In this document: positions 1 through 9,683 of the stretch, piece after piece | Position numbering within the stretch: position 1 is the stretch's first letter | Layout: every line of letters starts with the position of its first letter | Origin: an uncultured Labrenzia sp. | GTDB lineage: Bacteria; Pseudomonadota; Alphaproteobacteria; Rhizobiales; Stappiaceae | Reading direction: 5' to 3' | DNA length: 53,911 nt | NCBI GenBank assembly: GCA_937911395.1 | Contig: CALDSI010000020.1 | Coordinates: forward strand, 1-53,911 | Position numbers and translations under genes: made by a program | Notes under the pieces: model-generated | The model's input: the letters and a program-made list of their open reading frames with translations, nothing else | Database searches by the model: none | What the model was told of the DNA's origin: nothing

Positions 1-1089
1 CAGCACCCGGGCATGCGCATTCGCGATGTCCTGGCCGACTACAGCAAACTTGCCGCTGCTGGCGCGATGACGGATTACGCCTTTCACATGATTGTTGCGG
101 ACACGTCCGGCGAGAACGTCAGCGATCTGAAGACAGCCATCGCTGACGGGCATCGGTCTATCAAGATCTTCACCACCTATGACAAGGTCCGCCTTCAGGA
201 TAGCGAAATCCTGACCACATTGCGTACTGCAAGGGATGCGGGCGCGCTGGTGTGTGTACATGCGGAAAACGACGCCATGATCCGGGATGCCACAGCCACC
301 CTCCTGGCGGAGGGCAAGACCGCACCGCGATACCACGCCCAGTCTCACCCTCGGCTTGCGGAGATCGAGGCGATCGAGCGCATGTGCCGGTTCTCGGAAT
401 TCACCGGTGCGCGGGTGATGATTTTCCACATCTCGACACAAGAAGGCATCGAGATTGTCCGCAGGGCAAAAGCACGTGGTGCCAACATCCACGCAGAAAC
501 CTGCACGCATTACCTCTTTCAAACTGAAGAGATTCTTGATCGGCCGGACAGCGCAAAATTCCTCTGCAGCCCGCCGCAAAGACAGAAGGAAGATCAGGAC
601 GCCCTTTGGGCCGCACTCGGCCAAGAACTCGAGCTCGTGACCTCAGATCACGCTCCTTACAGGATGGATGAAAGTGGAAAGTTCCGGCACGGGGCGGATG
701 CACCTTTCCCCAAGATCGCAAACGGTCAGCCCGGCCTGGAACTCCGTTTGCCTCTCTTGTTCGACGCCATGGTTTCAAACGACCGTGGTGGCTTGGCCAA
801 GTTTGTCGAACTCACTTCGGCAGCGCCCGCTCGAGTTTACGGCCTCAAAACAAAAGGCTCATTTGGCATCGGCAAAGACGCTGATCTTGTTATTTGGGAC
901 CCGGAACGGACCCACCAACTCCCCGACGCGCTGCATGACAACGTTGGCTACAACCCCTTTGCCGGCGAAGTCCTTAAGGGATATCCGGAGACAGTCTTAA
1001 GACGCGGCGAAATCGTCGTCGATAACGGCGAGCTTTTAACACAGCCCGGAACCGGCCGACACTTGAACATGGCAGCCGTGCAGAGATGA
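1..1089 (+). CDS. hydA: Dihydropyrimidinase / D-hydantoinase (5'-truncated by window edge)
   Basis: Frame open from base 1. Amidohydrolase motifs DYAFH, SIKIFTTY (carbamylated Lys), VHAEN, FHIST, TSDHAPY, GKDADLVIWD, LHDNVGYNPF. Confidence 0.85.
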   Translation, partial: QHPGMRIRDVLADYSKLAAAGAMTDYAFHMIVADTSGENVSDLKTAIADGHRSIKIFTTYDKVRLQDSEILTTLRTARDAGALVCVHAENDAMIRDATATLLAEGKTAPRYHAQSHPRLAEIEAIERMCRFSEFTGARVMIFHISTQEGIEIVRRAKARGANIHAETCTHYLFQTEEILDRPDSAKFLCSPPQRQKEDQDALWAALGQELELVTSDHAPYRMDESGKFRHGADAPFPKIANGQPGLELRLPLLFDAMVSNDRGGLAKFVELTSAAPARVYGLKTKGSFGIGKDADLVIWDPERTHQLPDALHDNVGYNPFAGEVLKGYPETVLRRGEIVVDNGELLTQPGTGRHLNMAAVQR

Positions 1090-1248
1090 TTAGAGGCTTT
1101 CGAAGAGTTACCGAAGAAGACCCTGTTTGCTTCAGGTATAGCCTTCAGAAGGCATAGCCCTCTAACGCCGCAATGTACAAAAAGCATCATACTCGATCGC
1201 CGACAGAGTGATGTTCGCCCACTGGCCGGATAGGTAGAAAACCGGACC

Positions 1249-1279
1249 TTGACCTTCCAGCAACTAGAAGCTCCATCTT
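1249..1279 (+). promoter_or_regulatory. CueR (MerR-family) type promoter/operator of copA
   Basis: TTGACC (1249-1254), 19-bp spacer, CATCTT (1274-1279). Overlapping dyad ACCTTCC-N7-AGAAGCT (1252-1272) versus CueR consensus ACCTTCC-N7-GGAAGGT. Confidence 0.75.
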
Positions 1280-1319
1280 GGTTTTAATAGCCAATTCAAA
1301 AGATGAAGGAAGGCGCGTC

Positions 1320-3839
1320 ATGGCGGCCGGTTCCAGTTTTCAAAAATCTATATCTCTCCCGATTGAAGGTATGCATTGCGCCTCCTGCGTTGGCCGTGTC
1401 GAACAGGCGCTGAAAGGTGTTCCGGGCGTTGCAGACGCCAATGTCAATCTTGCTACGGAACGCGCGGATGTCCGCTTCGACGGGAGCGTTGGAACACAAT
1501 CTCTGATCAAGGCCATTGAAGGTCTGGGGTATGAAGTCCCGAGCCAAACCTGTCACCTTGCGATTGACGGGATGACCTGCGCCGGCTGCGTCCGGCGGGT
1601 GGAACACGCGCTTCTTTCTGTTCCAGGTGTTTATGAAGCAAGCGTTAATCTTGCCACAGAACGCGCGGTGGTGACGGGAAACGCCGACATCGCAGCATTG
1701 ATTGCGGCGGTCTCGGGGACCGACAAATCCGCACGCCCGATCGGGCAAGACGACTATCCTGAGCAAGATACGGCATCGAAACGGGACAATGAAACGCGTC
1801 ACCTGAAGACCCGTGTGATGGTCGCCGGACTGCTGACCTTGCCGGTGTTCGTCCTCGAGATGGGCAGTCATCTGATCCCGGGCATGCATCACCTGATAGC
1901 GCAGACGATTGGCATTCAGGCCAGCTGGCTGCTGCAGTTCATCCTCACCAGTGCGGTGCTGTTCGGTCCGGGCCGGTCTTTCTACCGGCAAGGCATCCCC
2001 GCCCTCTTGAAGGGCGCCCCCGATATGAACAGTCTCGTGGCTGTAGGGACAGCCTCCGCCTATTTGTTTTCGATTGTCGCGACGTTTGCACCGGCTCTTT
2101 TGCCCGACGGAACGGTCAACGTCTATTATGAGGCGGCTGCCGTCATAGTAACGCTCATATTGATCGGACGGTGGATGGAGGCGCAGGCCAAGGGACGCAC
2201 CTCGGAAGCGATCCAACGGCTGGTAAAACTTGCTCCAAAGACGGCACGCGTCCGGCGGGACGGCAAGACTGATGAGGTCGAGGTCTCCAGTGTTGCTGCC
2301 GGTGAGATCATCGAAGTGCGTCCCGGCGAACGGCTCCCGGTAGATGGCGAGGTGATCGAAGGGGCAACGTTTGTCGACGAGAGCATGATCACGGGCGAGC
2401 CTGTACCGGTTTCAAAAGTACCCGGGGCAACCGTTATTGGCGGAACGGTCAACCAGACCGGAAGCCTTGTGTTTCGTGCCACGGCTGTCGGCACCGACAC
2501 GATGCTTGCCCAAATCATCCGGCTGGTAGAAGAGGCTCAAGGGGGCAAGCTGCCAATCCAGGCGTTGGTGGACAAGTTCACCATGTATTTTGTGCCGGCT
2601 GTAATCACGCTGGCTCTGCTCACATTCGGCATCTGGATTGTGTTCGGGCCGGATCCCGCTCTGACGTTTGGTCTTGTGAATGCTGTCGCCGTGCTCATTA
2701 TCGCTTGCCCGTGCGCCATGGGCCTTGCGACACCAACTTCGATCATGGTCGGGACGGGACGGGGTGCCGAGATGGGGGTCTTGTTCCGCCGGGGCGAAGC
2801 CTTGCAGCTCTTGAAGGAAGTGCGGGTCGTTGCCTTTGACAAGACAGGAACACTCACCGAGGGCACACCGACCCTGACCGACCTTGACGTCACGAACGGC
2901 TTCGATACTCAAACGGTGCTGTCCCATATCGCAGCTGTCGAAGCAAAGTCGGAACACCCGATCGCACAAGCGATTGTGGAAGCCGCCGGGGCACAAGATC
3001 TTGAATTGCCGTCTGTGCGCGATTTCGAAAGCCTGACCGGTATGGGCGTTGCTGCAAACGCAGGCGGGCTGAAAGTTCAAATCGGCGCGGACCGATACAT
3101 GGCCCAACTCGGACAGGATGTGTCGGTTTTTGATGACATTTCCGAGCGTCTCGGCCACGAGGGCAAATCCCCGCTTTATGCCGCACTGGACGGTCAGCTT
3201 GCCGCTATTATCGCCGTGTCCGATCCGATCAAGCCAACCACCCCGGCCGCAATAGACACCCTGCATGCGCTTGGTCTTAAAGTTGCAATGATCACCGGAG
3301 ACAACAGCCGCACGGCACACGCAATCGCAAGCCGGCTTGGCATTGACGATGTCATCGCAGAAGTTCTGCCGGAGGGAAAGCTGGAAGCGGTCAGAGCACT
3401 GAAGGCCGCGCATGGCCAGCTTGCTTTTGTCGGCGATGGCATCAACGATGCCCCAGCCCTGGCTGAGGCCGACGTCGGCCTTGCGATCGGAACCGGCACG
3501 GATGTGGCGATCGAGGCAGCGGACGTCATTTTGGTGTCCGGCTCGCTCGCCGGTGTGTCGAACGCGATCGCCCTTTCCAAGGCGACAATCCGCAACATCA
3601 AGCAGAACCTCTTCTGGGCCTTTGCCTACAACACGGCCTTGGTCCCGGTCGCTGCAGGGATATTGTACCCGGCCTTTGGCATTCTCATGTCGCCGGTTTT
3701 CGCGGCAGGCGCCATGGCGCTCAGCTCCGTTTTTGTCCTCGGCAATGCATTGCGGCTGAGATCCTGGGCACCGAAGATGCCGGTTGCCTCCAGCAGCAGC
3801 GCAAATTCCGGAGCTCTGAAGGTCGCGCCAGCGGAATAG
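1320..3839 (+). CDS. copA: Cu(I)/Ag(I)-translocating P1B-type ATPase
   Basis: Two HMA domains (GMHCASC, GMTCAGC), TGEP, CPC in TM6, DKTGT, SEHP, GDGIND, YN and MALSS. ATG at 1320 after GAAGGAAGG. Confidence 0.95.
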   Translation: MAAGSSFQKSISLPIEGMHCASCVGRVEQALKGVPGVADANVNLATERADVRFDGSVGTQSLIKAIEGLGYEVPSQTCHLAIDGMTCAGCVRRVEHALLSVPGVYEASVNLATERAVVTGNADIAALIAAVSGTDKSARPIGQDDYPEQDTASKRDNETRHLKTRVMVAGLLTLPVFVLEMGSHLIPGMHHLIAQTIGIQASWLLQFILTSAVLFGPGRSFYRQGIPALLKGAPDMNSLVAVGTASAYLFSIVATFAPALLPDGTVNVYYEAAAVIVTLILIGRWMEAQAKGRTSEAIQRLVKLAPKTARVRRDGKTDEVEVSSVAAGEIIEVRPGERLPVDGEVIEGATFVDESMITGEPVPVSKVPGATVIGGTVNQTGSLVFRATAVGTDTMLAQIIRLVEEAQGGKLPIQALVDKFTMYFVPAVITLALLTFGIWIVFGPDPALTFGLVNAVAVLIIACPCAMGLATPTSIMVGTGRGAEMGVLFRRGEALQLLKEVRVVAFDKTGTLTEGTPTLTDLDVTNGFDTQTVLSHIAAVEAKSEHPIAQAIVEAAGAQDLELPSVRDFESLTGMGVAANAGGLKVQIGADRYMAQLGQDVSVFDDISERLGHEGKSPLYAALDGQLAAIIAVSDPIKPTTPAAIDTLHALGLKVAMITGDNSRTAHAIASRLGIDDVIAEVLPEGKLEAVRALKAAHGQLAFVGDGINDAPALAEADVGLAIGTGTDVAIEAADVILVSGSLAGVSNAIALSKATIRNIKQNLFWAFAYNTALVPVAAGILYPAFGILMSPVFAAGAMALSSVFVLGNALRLRSWAPKMPVASSSSANSGALKVAPAE

Positions 3840-3928
3840 AACGATGACCGAGATGGGGCGCTGCGCCAAGTCGTGCCCCGTCAAGCATTAGAACCAGTCT
3901 CACCCGCGTTTCATGCGATGAGATCTTG

Positions 3929-5349
3929 TTAAGCCCGCTCACGGTCAAACAGCTTGTGCGCCATGATGCCGGTGCGCGTTTCGATCGCTTCCAGTGCGTC
4001 AAGGATCATGTCCTCGCGAAAGCGTCGGCCGACCATCTGAACGGCAACCGGAAGTCCGTCATGCATGCTGGGCGACACGATGCCGGCCGGCAGGCCCATA
4101 TAATTCATGGCAAAGGACCAGATCCCGCATCCGAGCACTTCCATGATGCCATCCTTGCCCTCCGCATCCCGGTTCCAGGCATAGGTCGGTGAGGGCAGAA
4201 AGGGGGTCAACACAAGCGGGTAGTCCTCAAGCAAGAGGTTCCACTGCCGAATGAAATGCGAGCGCCGCGCCATTTGGTGGAGCAACTCCTCACCCTCAAA
4301 GGGGGGGAAGAGTTCGAAATACTCGTCGAACATGCGGTTGATTTCGGCGCTGCCGTGGGTTCGGATATCATCAAGCATCAGAACATTGATCTCGCCCATC
4401 AGTGCGCGATATCCGGTCTCGCCGATCTCACCAATGTCCGGTGTTACAATCTCATCGACTATATAGCCCGCATCAACCAGACAATCGCGTGCTGCATTCA
4501 AGGCTTTCGTGACCGCAGGATGGGCTTCGAACTGATCGGTGTTTTTCGTAAAACCGATGCGAATTGGCTGGTCCAGAGCAGGGCCTTCAAACGGTAGGGG
4601 AACCTGCCAGGGGTCATGCGGGTCATATGTAACGACGGACTTCATGGCGAGGCGTACGTCCCGCACCTCCCGGCAAATGACACCCTGGACAGACATCAGT
4701 TGCGCGAGCAAACCGCGCTCGGCGCTTTGAGAGGGGTTCCAGGCAGGTGTGCGGCCGAGCCCCGGTTTGACCGTCACCGCACCCGTGGCTGCAGAGGGAA
4801 ACCCCAACGAGCCGCCGACGTCAGTGCCCTGGGCAATCGCACCCATCCCGCTCATGACAGCTGTGGATGCGCCGCCTTACGACCCACCGGATGAAGCCCA
4901 ATCGTTCCAGGGGCTAAACGTGCGGCCATAGAGGTTGTTTGTTGTTGTTGCCCTAAACGAAAATTCCGGTGTGTTCGTCCGGCCGATGACAATTGCGCCT
5001 GCATTGGTCAGGTTTTTAACGAACGGCGCATCATCTGGAGCCATGACCTCGGAAAATGCCTTCACGCCATTCGTGGTCGCCTTGTCCTTCTGGTCGACAT
5101 TGACTTTGATGGTCACCGGCACACCGTGGAGCGGTCCCACCGGGCCTGAGTTTTCCATTTGCGCATCAAGAGCGCGTGCACGCTCAAGTGCCTCATCGCC
5201 CATGTCATCGACGAGGCATTGAGATGACCATTCACTGTCCGCATGCGATCGACGGTGGCTGCCGTGGCCGCTTCAGCCGTGATTTGGCCATTGATGATTT
5301 CCGCGACAAGCTCGCTTGCGCTCAATTGCCAGACTGGTTTTTCCGCCAT
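3929..5349 (-). pseudogene. Amidase-signature family amidase, disrupted (or mis-sequenced)
   Basis: N-terminus MAEKPVWQLSASEL starts at 5349. Apparent 1-bp deletion near 5214/5215 (HLNA to VDDMG). GPLHGVPVTIK. In-frame TAA at 4879-4877 inside the GGS(S)GG signature. Continues GTDVGGS...GLPVAVQMVG to the stop at 3929. Confidence 0.85.
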
Positions 5350-5410
5350 CCTCGGGCTCCCACTCACAACGGACATTTGCAACCGATCCGTTGGAAAAGC
5401 TGCTTTTGCC

Positions 5411-5430
5411 AATTGGTAGTGAAACCAACT
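5411..5430. promoter_or_regulatory. Possible GntR/FadR-type operator between amidase and lipoate-ligase genes
   Basis: Imperfect palindrome AATTGGT-AGTGAA-ACCAACT in the divergent intergenic region. Confidence 0.3.
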
Positions 5431-5629
5431 GATTGAAACAACACCGTAGGTGCACGGTTCTAAATTCCAAAACTTCTGGGATGGGCAACAGAAATAACTC
5501 GAAGACTTAGTAAACCTACGTGAGCCAATCCAGCTTCCAGCAGGTTGATCGTGCCCAAGTTGTGTTCCGATCAGCGTTCCGCTAGATCCAGATGATCGGC
5601 CGAATGTCTGAGAGAACGAAGGGTAACAC

Positions 5630-6292
5630 TTGATTGACTTCATGAACGCAGCGGACGCTTTGGCGCACGAAATGGAACTTCTGGATGACGTAAGCCACAA
5701 TCCGGATCGCCGACATTTGTGGTTTTGGGAAAGCCCGCAAAGTCTCGTCTCCCCGAAAAGCCTCACCAACAAAACGAATTTCAATGAAGCATCGAGGCAG
5801 CTCGAAAACGAAGGCTGGCCGATCAATTTGCGCAGCACGGGCGGTGACGTGACACCTCAGGGCGCAGGTATCTTAAATGTGACCCATGTCTACGCGACGC
5901 AGCCTCGAAATGCAGTTGATCTCAAGCAAGAATACGATCGCTTATGCTCTCCGATTGAACAAGCACTAGGCAACGGGGCGAGCCGGGGATGGCAACCAGG
6001 TGCGTTCTGTGACGGGGAATTCAACGTCCAGTTCAATGGCCGGAAATTCGCTGGTACTGCCATGCGCATCCGGCGCGGAAAAGCGGACAGAACCCGCAGT
6101 GCGGTCCTTGCTCACGCGATTATGCTGATTGACCCTGTTTCTCTTGATGCGATTGCTGCGATCAATCGGTTTTTGCGTTTACTGGAAGAAGACAGACAGA
6201 TCGATCCAGACGCTCATGCAAGTCTGCCTGCTGGTTACACCAAGTCTGACTTCGTGAGCGCCCTGAAAGATGCTTTTGACGCGCAATCGTAG
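5630..6292 (+). CDS. Lipoate-protein ligase/octanoyltransferase family (BPL_LplA_LipB), catalytic domain only
   Basis: RSTGGDVTPQGAGILN, AFCDGEFNV, GRKFAGTA, VLAHA motifs. Start is TTG 5630 or ATG 5642. Confidence 0.8.
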   Translation: MIDFMNAADALAHEMELLDDVSHNPDRRHLWFWESPQSLVSPKSLTNKTNFNEASRQLENEGWPINLRSTGGDVTPQGAGILNVTHVYATQPRNAVDLKQEYDRLCSPIEQALGNGASRGWQPGAFCDGEFNVQFNGRKFAGTAMRIRRGKADRTRSAVLAHAIMLIDPVSLDAIAAINRFLRLLEEDRQIDPDAHASLPAGYTKSDFVSALKDAFDAQS

Positions 6293-6376
6293 AGTATAAT
6301 CGGCTCCGTAGCACTTTCGGCATTGGCTCTACCTCTGCAGCTCAGACGCAGCCGCAGCTGGTTCCAAAGAGAGTTG

Positions 6377-6400
6377 CGGCTAGGCTTAGCCGTCTTTTTT
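6377..6400 (+). terminator. Probable rho-independent terminator
   Basis: CGGCTA-GGCT-TAGCCG hairpin followed by TCTTTTTT. Confidence 0.55.
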
Positions 6401-6570
6401 GGAAAAGATGTTTTGCATTTTCAATTCTAGGACGGCCAAAATCCTGGCAGTCAATTCAATCAAAATATTGATTTAAAACACTTTTTCAGAATACATATCT
6501 TCATGAACAGTCCCATAACCACCACAACTCGACTTCTAGGCAAAAGGTCGCCTTGAACGTGCGCATTCAA

Positions 6571-6593
6571 ATAGGTAAGAAAATTATACCAAT
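6571..6593 (+). promoter_or_regulatory. Possible FadR-family (LldR/GlcC-like) operator upstream of lldD
   Basis: ATAGGTA...TACCAAT imperfect inverted repeat about 35 bp before the start codon. Confidence 0.35.
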
Positions 6594-6629
6594 AATCAAT
6601 TACCGATTTCGGACTTGGGGAGTTCCGGT

Positions 6630-7787
6630 GTGAAACTGAGCGATTGCCACAATTTTCAAGACTTCCGAAAACTCGCAAAGAAGCGCCTCCCCGGACCCAT
6701 TTTCAATTATATCGATGGGGCTGCCGACGATGAGGTGACCTACCGGCGGAACACAGAGGCCTATGAATCCTGTGATCTGGTACCGAACGTGCTCGCAGGT
6801 GTTGAGAACGTCGACATGAGTGTCGAGGTTATGGGACAAAAACTCGATATGCCGATTTACTGCGCGCCAACAGCGCTGCAGCGGTTGTTCCACCACGACG
6901 GTGAGCGGGCCGTCGCCCGTGCAGCAACAAAATACGGCACAATGTTTGGTGTATCATCACTGGCCACCGTCACGGTTGAGGAGATTGCCCAAATCGCCAA
7001 CACACCAAAGATGTTCCAGTTCTATTTCCATAAAGATCGCGGCTTGAACGACGCGCTTTTGGAAAGAGCACGCGAAGCGAACTTTGAGGTCATGGCCCTG
7101 ACGGTTGATACCATCACCGGTGGCAACCGCGAACGCGACCTCAGAACGGGCTTCACCTCACCTCCAAAGCTTACACTCGGCTCGCTGATGAGCTTTGCGA
7201 TGCATCCCATGTGGGCCTGGAACTTCTACACGAAGCCCAAGTTCGACATGCCTCACCTGTCTGGGTACGTGAGCGAAGGCACGAACGTGGCCGTGTCGGT
7301 CGGCAATTACTTTTCAACCATGCTGGACCAGTCGATGAACTGGAAAGACGCGGAAGAACTGTGTGCCAAGTGGAACGGGCAGTTCGCCCTCAAAGGCATC
7401 ATGAGCGTTGAAGATGCTAAACGTGCCGTTGATATTGGTTGTACGGGAATCATGGTTTCCAACCATGGCGGCCGGCAGCTAGATGGCTCCCGTAGTCCCT
7501 TTGATCAATTGGCCGAGAGCGTTGATGCGGTTGGCGACAAGATCGATGTGATTTGCGAAGGCGGTATTCAGCGCGGCACACACGTTCTCAAAGCCCTCTC
7601 GGTTGGTGCCAAGGCTTGTTCCGGCGGACGTCTCTATCTTTACGCCCTCGCGGCAGCTGGACAACCAGGTGTTGAACGCGCACTTGGAAATCTGCGCACT
7701 GAGATCGAACGGGACATGAAGCTCATGGGTATCACAAACCTGGACCAGCTGAGCCGGGAAAATCTTCGGTTTCGCGAAACAGCTTGA
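6630..7787 (+). CDS. lldD: FMN-dependent L-lactate dehydrogenase / alpha-hydroxy acid oxidase
   Basis: YIDGAADDE, APTA, LTVDT, NRERD, LKGI, SNHGGRQLD, GGIQRG. GTG at 6630 after GGGAG. Adjacent to dld. Confidence 0.85.
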   Translation: MKLSDCHNFQDFRKLAKKRLPGPIFNYIDGAADDEVTYRRNTEAYESCDLVPNVLAGVENVDMSVEVMGQKLDMPIYCAPTALQRLFHHDGERAVARAATKYGTMFGVSSLATVTVEEIAQIANTPKMFQFYFHKDRGLNDALLERAREANFEVMALTVDTITGGNRERDLRTGFTSPPKLTLGSLMSFAMHPMWAWNFYTKPKFDMPHLSGYVSEGTNVAVSVGNYFSTMLDQSMNWKDAEELCAKWNGQFALKGIMSVEDAKRAVDIGCTGIMVSNHGGRQLDGSRSPFDQLAESVDAVGDKIDVICEGGIQRGTHVLKALSVGAKACSGGRLYLYALAAAGQPGVERALGNLRTEIERDMKLMGITNLDQLSRENLRFRETA

Positions 7788-7829
7788 TAAGATGATTACT
7801 CGGACCGGACCTGAATTCAGGAGACGATA

Positions 7830-9536
7830 ATGCAGGCGAGTGAAACTGCGGAAAACGGCGAGCAGCTTGTTGCCAAACTTAAGGATATTGTCGGCAGCCG
7901 GCATGTGATCACCAACCCGCGGTCGATGGAGCGTTTCTGCAAAGGCTTCCTGTTTGGCGATGGTAGTGCCCTGGCAGTGGTCCAGCCCGGCACACTTCTG
8001 GAACAGTGGCATGTTTTGAAGGCCTGTGTTGAAGCCGACAAGATCGTGATCATGCAGGCAGCCAATACCGGATTGACCGAGGGGTCGACCCCTAATGGAG
8101 AATATGACCGCGACGCCGTCGTCCTGAGCACCAAGCGCATGGACAAGATACAGCTTATCGACGGGGGTAAGCAGATCGTCAGCTTCCCCGGCGCGACTTT
8201 GTTCTCTTTAGAAAAGCTGATGGCTCCGCTTGATCGGGAACCGCATTCAGTCATCGGCTCGTCCTGCATTGGGGCGTCAATTATTGGCGGCGTGTGCAAC
8301 AATTCGGGCGGGTCTCTGGTCGAACGCGGTCCTTCGTATACGGAACTGGCCCTATTTGCTCAAATCCGTGAGGACGGCACGCTAGAACTCGTCAATCATC
8401 TTGGTATTTCACTTGGCGACGACCCGGAAACAATCCTGAGCCGCCTCGAAGCCGGCGACTACTCGGACAAAGATATTGAGGACACAAACCTCAAAGCATC
8501 CGATACCGAGTATCACAGCCGCGTTCGTGAAATAGATAGCCCGAGCCCGGCCCGGTTCAATGCGGACAAAAGACGGCTTCACGAGGCATCAGGGTGTGCA
8601 GGCAAGCTGGCGGTTTTTGCGGCCCGGCTGGATACTTATCCAAAGCCCGAAGCAGAAGCCGTTTTTTATGTCGGAACCAACGACACACAAGTTCTGACAA
8701 GGCTGCGCCGACATATATTGGCGGAATTTGAAAATCTGCCGGTGTCCGGCGAGTACATGCACTCGGAGATCTACGACATCTCCAAAAATTATGGCAAAGA
8801 TACACTAGTCCTCATCGACAAGTTAGGCACGGACCGCTTGCCGGGAGTTTTCGCCATGAAAGGCTGGGTTGACGCGCGTTTATCGAAGATCCCACTGCTC
8901 CCCTCAAATCTGACCGATCGCTTCATGCAGGTCGTGACCAAACTCTGGCCGAATGTCCTGCCCGATCGCATGGAAAAGTTTCGGAACGACTACGAACACC
9001 ATCTCATTCTGAAAATGCGGGATGGCGGCGTTGCAGAGGCAGAAGCGTTTCTGGAAACCTTCTTTCAAAAAGAAGAAGGCAGCTACTTCTCCTGCACCCC
9101 TCGAGAAGGCAAAATTGCCGGCTTGCACAGGTTTGCCGCAGCCGGCGCCGCAGTCCGCTATCAAGCGGTACACTCCAACCAAGTGGAGGACATCCTAGCG
9201 CTCGATATCGCTCTTCGCCGCGATGATCGCGACTGGTTTGAACAGTTGCCAAAGGACATCGAAGACGGCCTGGTACACAAACTCTACTATGGCCACTTCT
9301 TCTGCCATGTCCTCCACCAGGATTACATCGTCAAGAAGGGGCACGATCCAAAAGCGCTGAAAGAAAAGATGCTGAAAATTCTCGATCAGCGCGGAGCAGA
9401 ATATCCGGCAGAGCACAACGTCGGGCATCTTTACAAGGCCAAGCCAGATTTGGCTGATCACTATATGCGTTGCGATCCGACGAACACACTCAATCCGGGC
9501 ATCGGAAAGATGTCGCGGCGCAAGTGCTACCACTAA
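7830..9536 (+). CDS. dld: Quinone-dependent FAD D-lactate dehydrogenase (E. coli Dld type)
   Basis: QAANTGLTEGSTP, REPHSVIGSSCIGAS, YYGHFFCHVLHQDY, AEHNVGHLY, NPGIGK. Confidence 0.93.
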   Translation: MQASETAENGEQLVAKLKDIVGSRHVITNPRSMERFCKGFLFGDGSALAVVQPGTLLEQWHVLKACVEADKIVIMQAANTGLTEGSTPNGEYDRDAVVLSTKRMDKIQLIDGGKQIVSFPGATLFSLEKLMAPLDREPHSVIGSSCIGASIIGGVCNNSGGSLVERGPSYTELALFAQIREDGTLELVNHLGISLGDDPETILSRLEAGDYSDKDIEDTNLKASDTEYHSRVREIDSPSPARFNADKRRLHEASGCAGKLAVFAARLDTYPKPEAEAVFYVGTNDTQVLTRLRRHILAEFENLPVSGEYMHSEIYDISKNYGKDTLVLIDKLGTDRLPGVFAMKGWVDARLSKIPLLPSNLTDRFMQVVTKLWPNVLPDRMEKFRNDYEHHLILKMRDGGVAEAEAFLETFFQKEEGSYFSCTPREGKIAGLHRFAAAGAAVRYQAVHSNQVEDILALDIALRRDDRDWFEQLPKDIEDGLVHKLYYGHFFCHVLHQDYIVKKGHDPKALKEKMLKILDQRGAEYPAEHNVGHLYKAKPDLADHYMRCDPTNTLNPGIGKMSRRKCYH

Positions 9537-9683
9537 AAACTGGGGCGCTAGATAAACTGCCAGTGCTCAGACGTAGCCCGCACAATCGCCGGTGTGACTG
9601 GCTTTTCATTCATTTCAAACCGGCGCCTCAGCGCCGGCAACGGTTACACATTAGCTATTAAGCGCGAGCCCGTTGCCCAGAAA

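Noticed and set aside
2412-3884. 490-aa minus-strand ORF (also 1296-2216)
   Set aside because: Antisense shadow of copA with no recognisable motifs.
5113-5838. 241-aa minus-strand ORF
   Set aside because: Only about 5215-5349 is real (amidase N-terminus). The rest is intergenic or antisense to the lipoate-ligase gene.
6276-6300. TTGACG...TATAAT as a promoter for a small RNA ending at the 6377-6400 hairpin
   Set aside because: The spacer is only 13 bp. The hairpin is more simply the terminator of the upstream gene.
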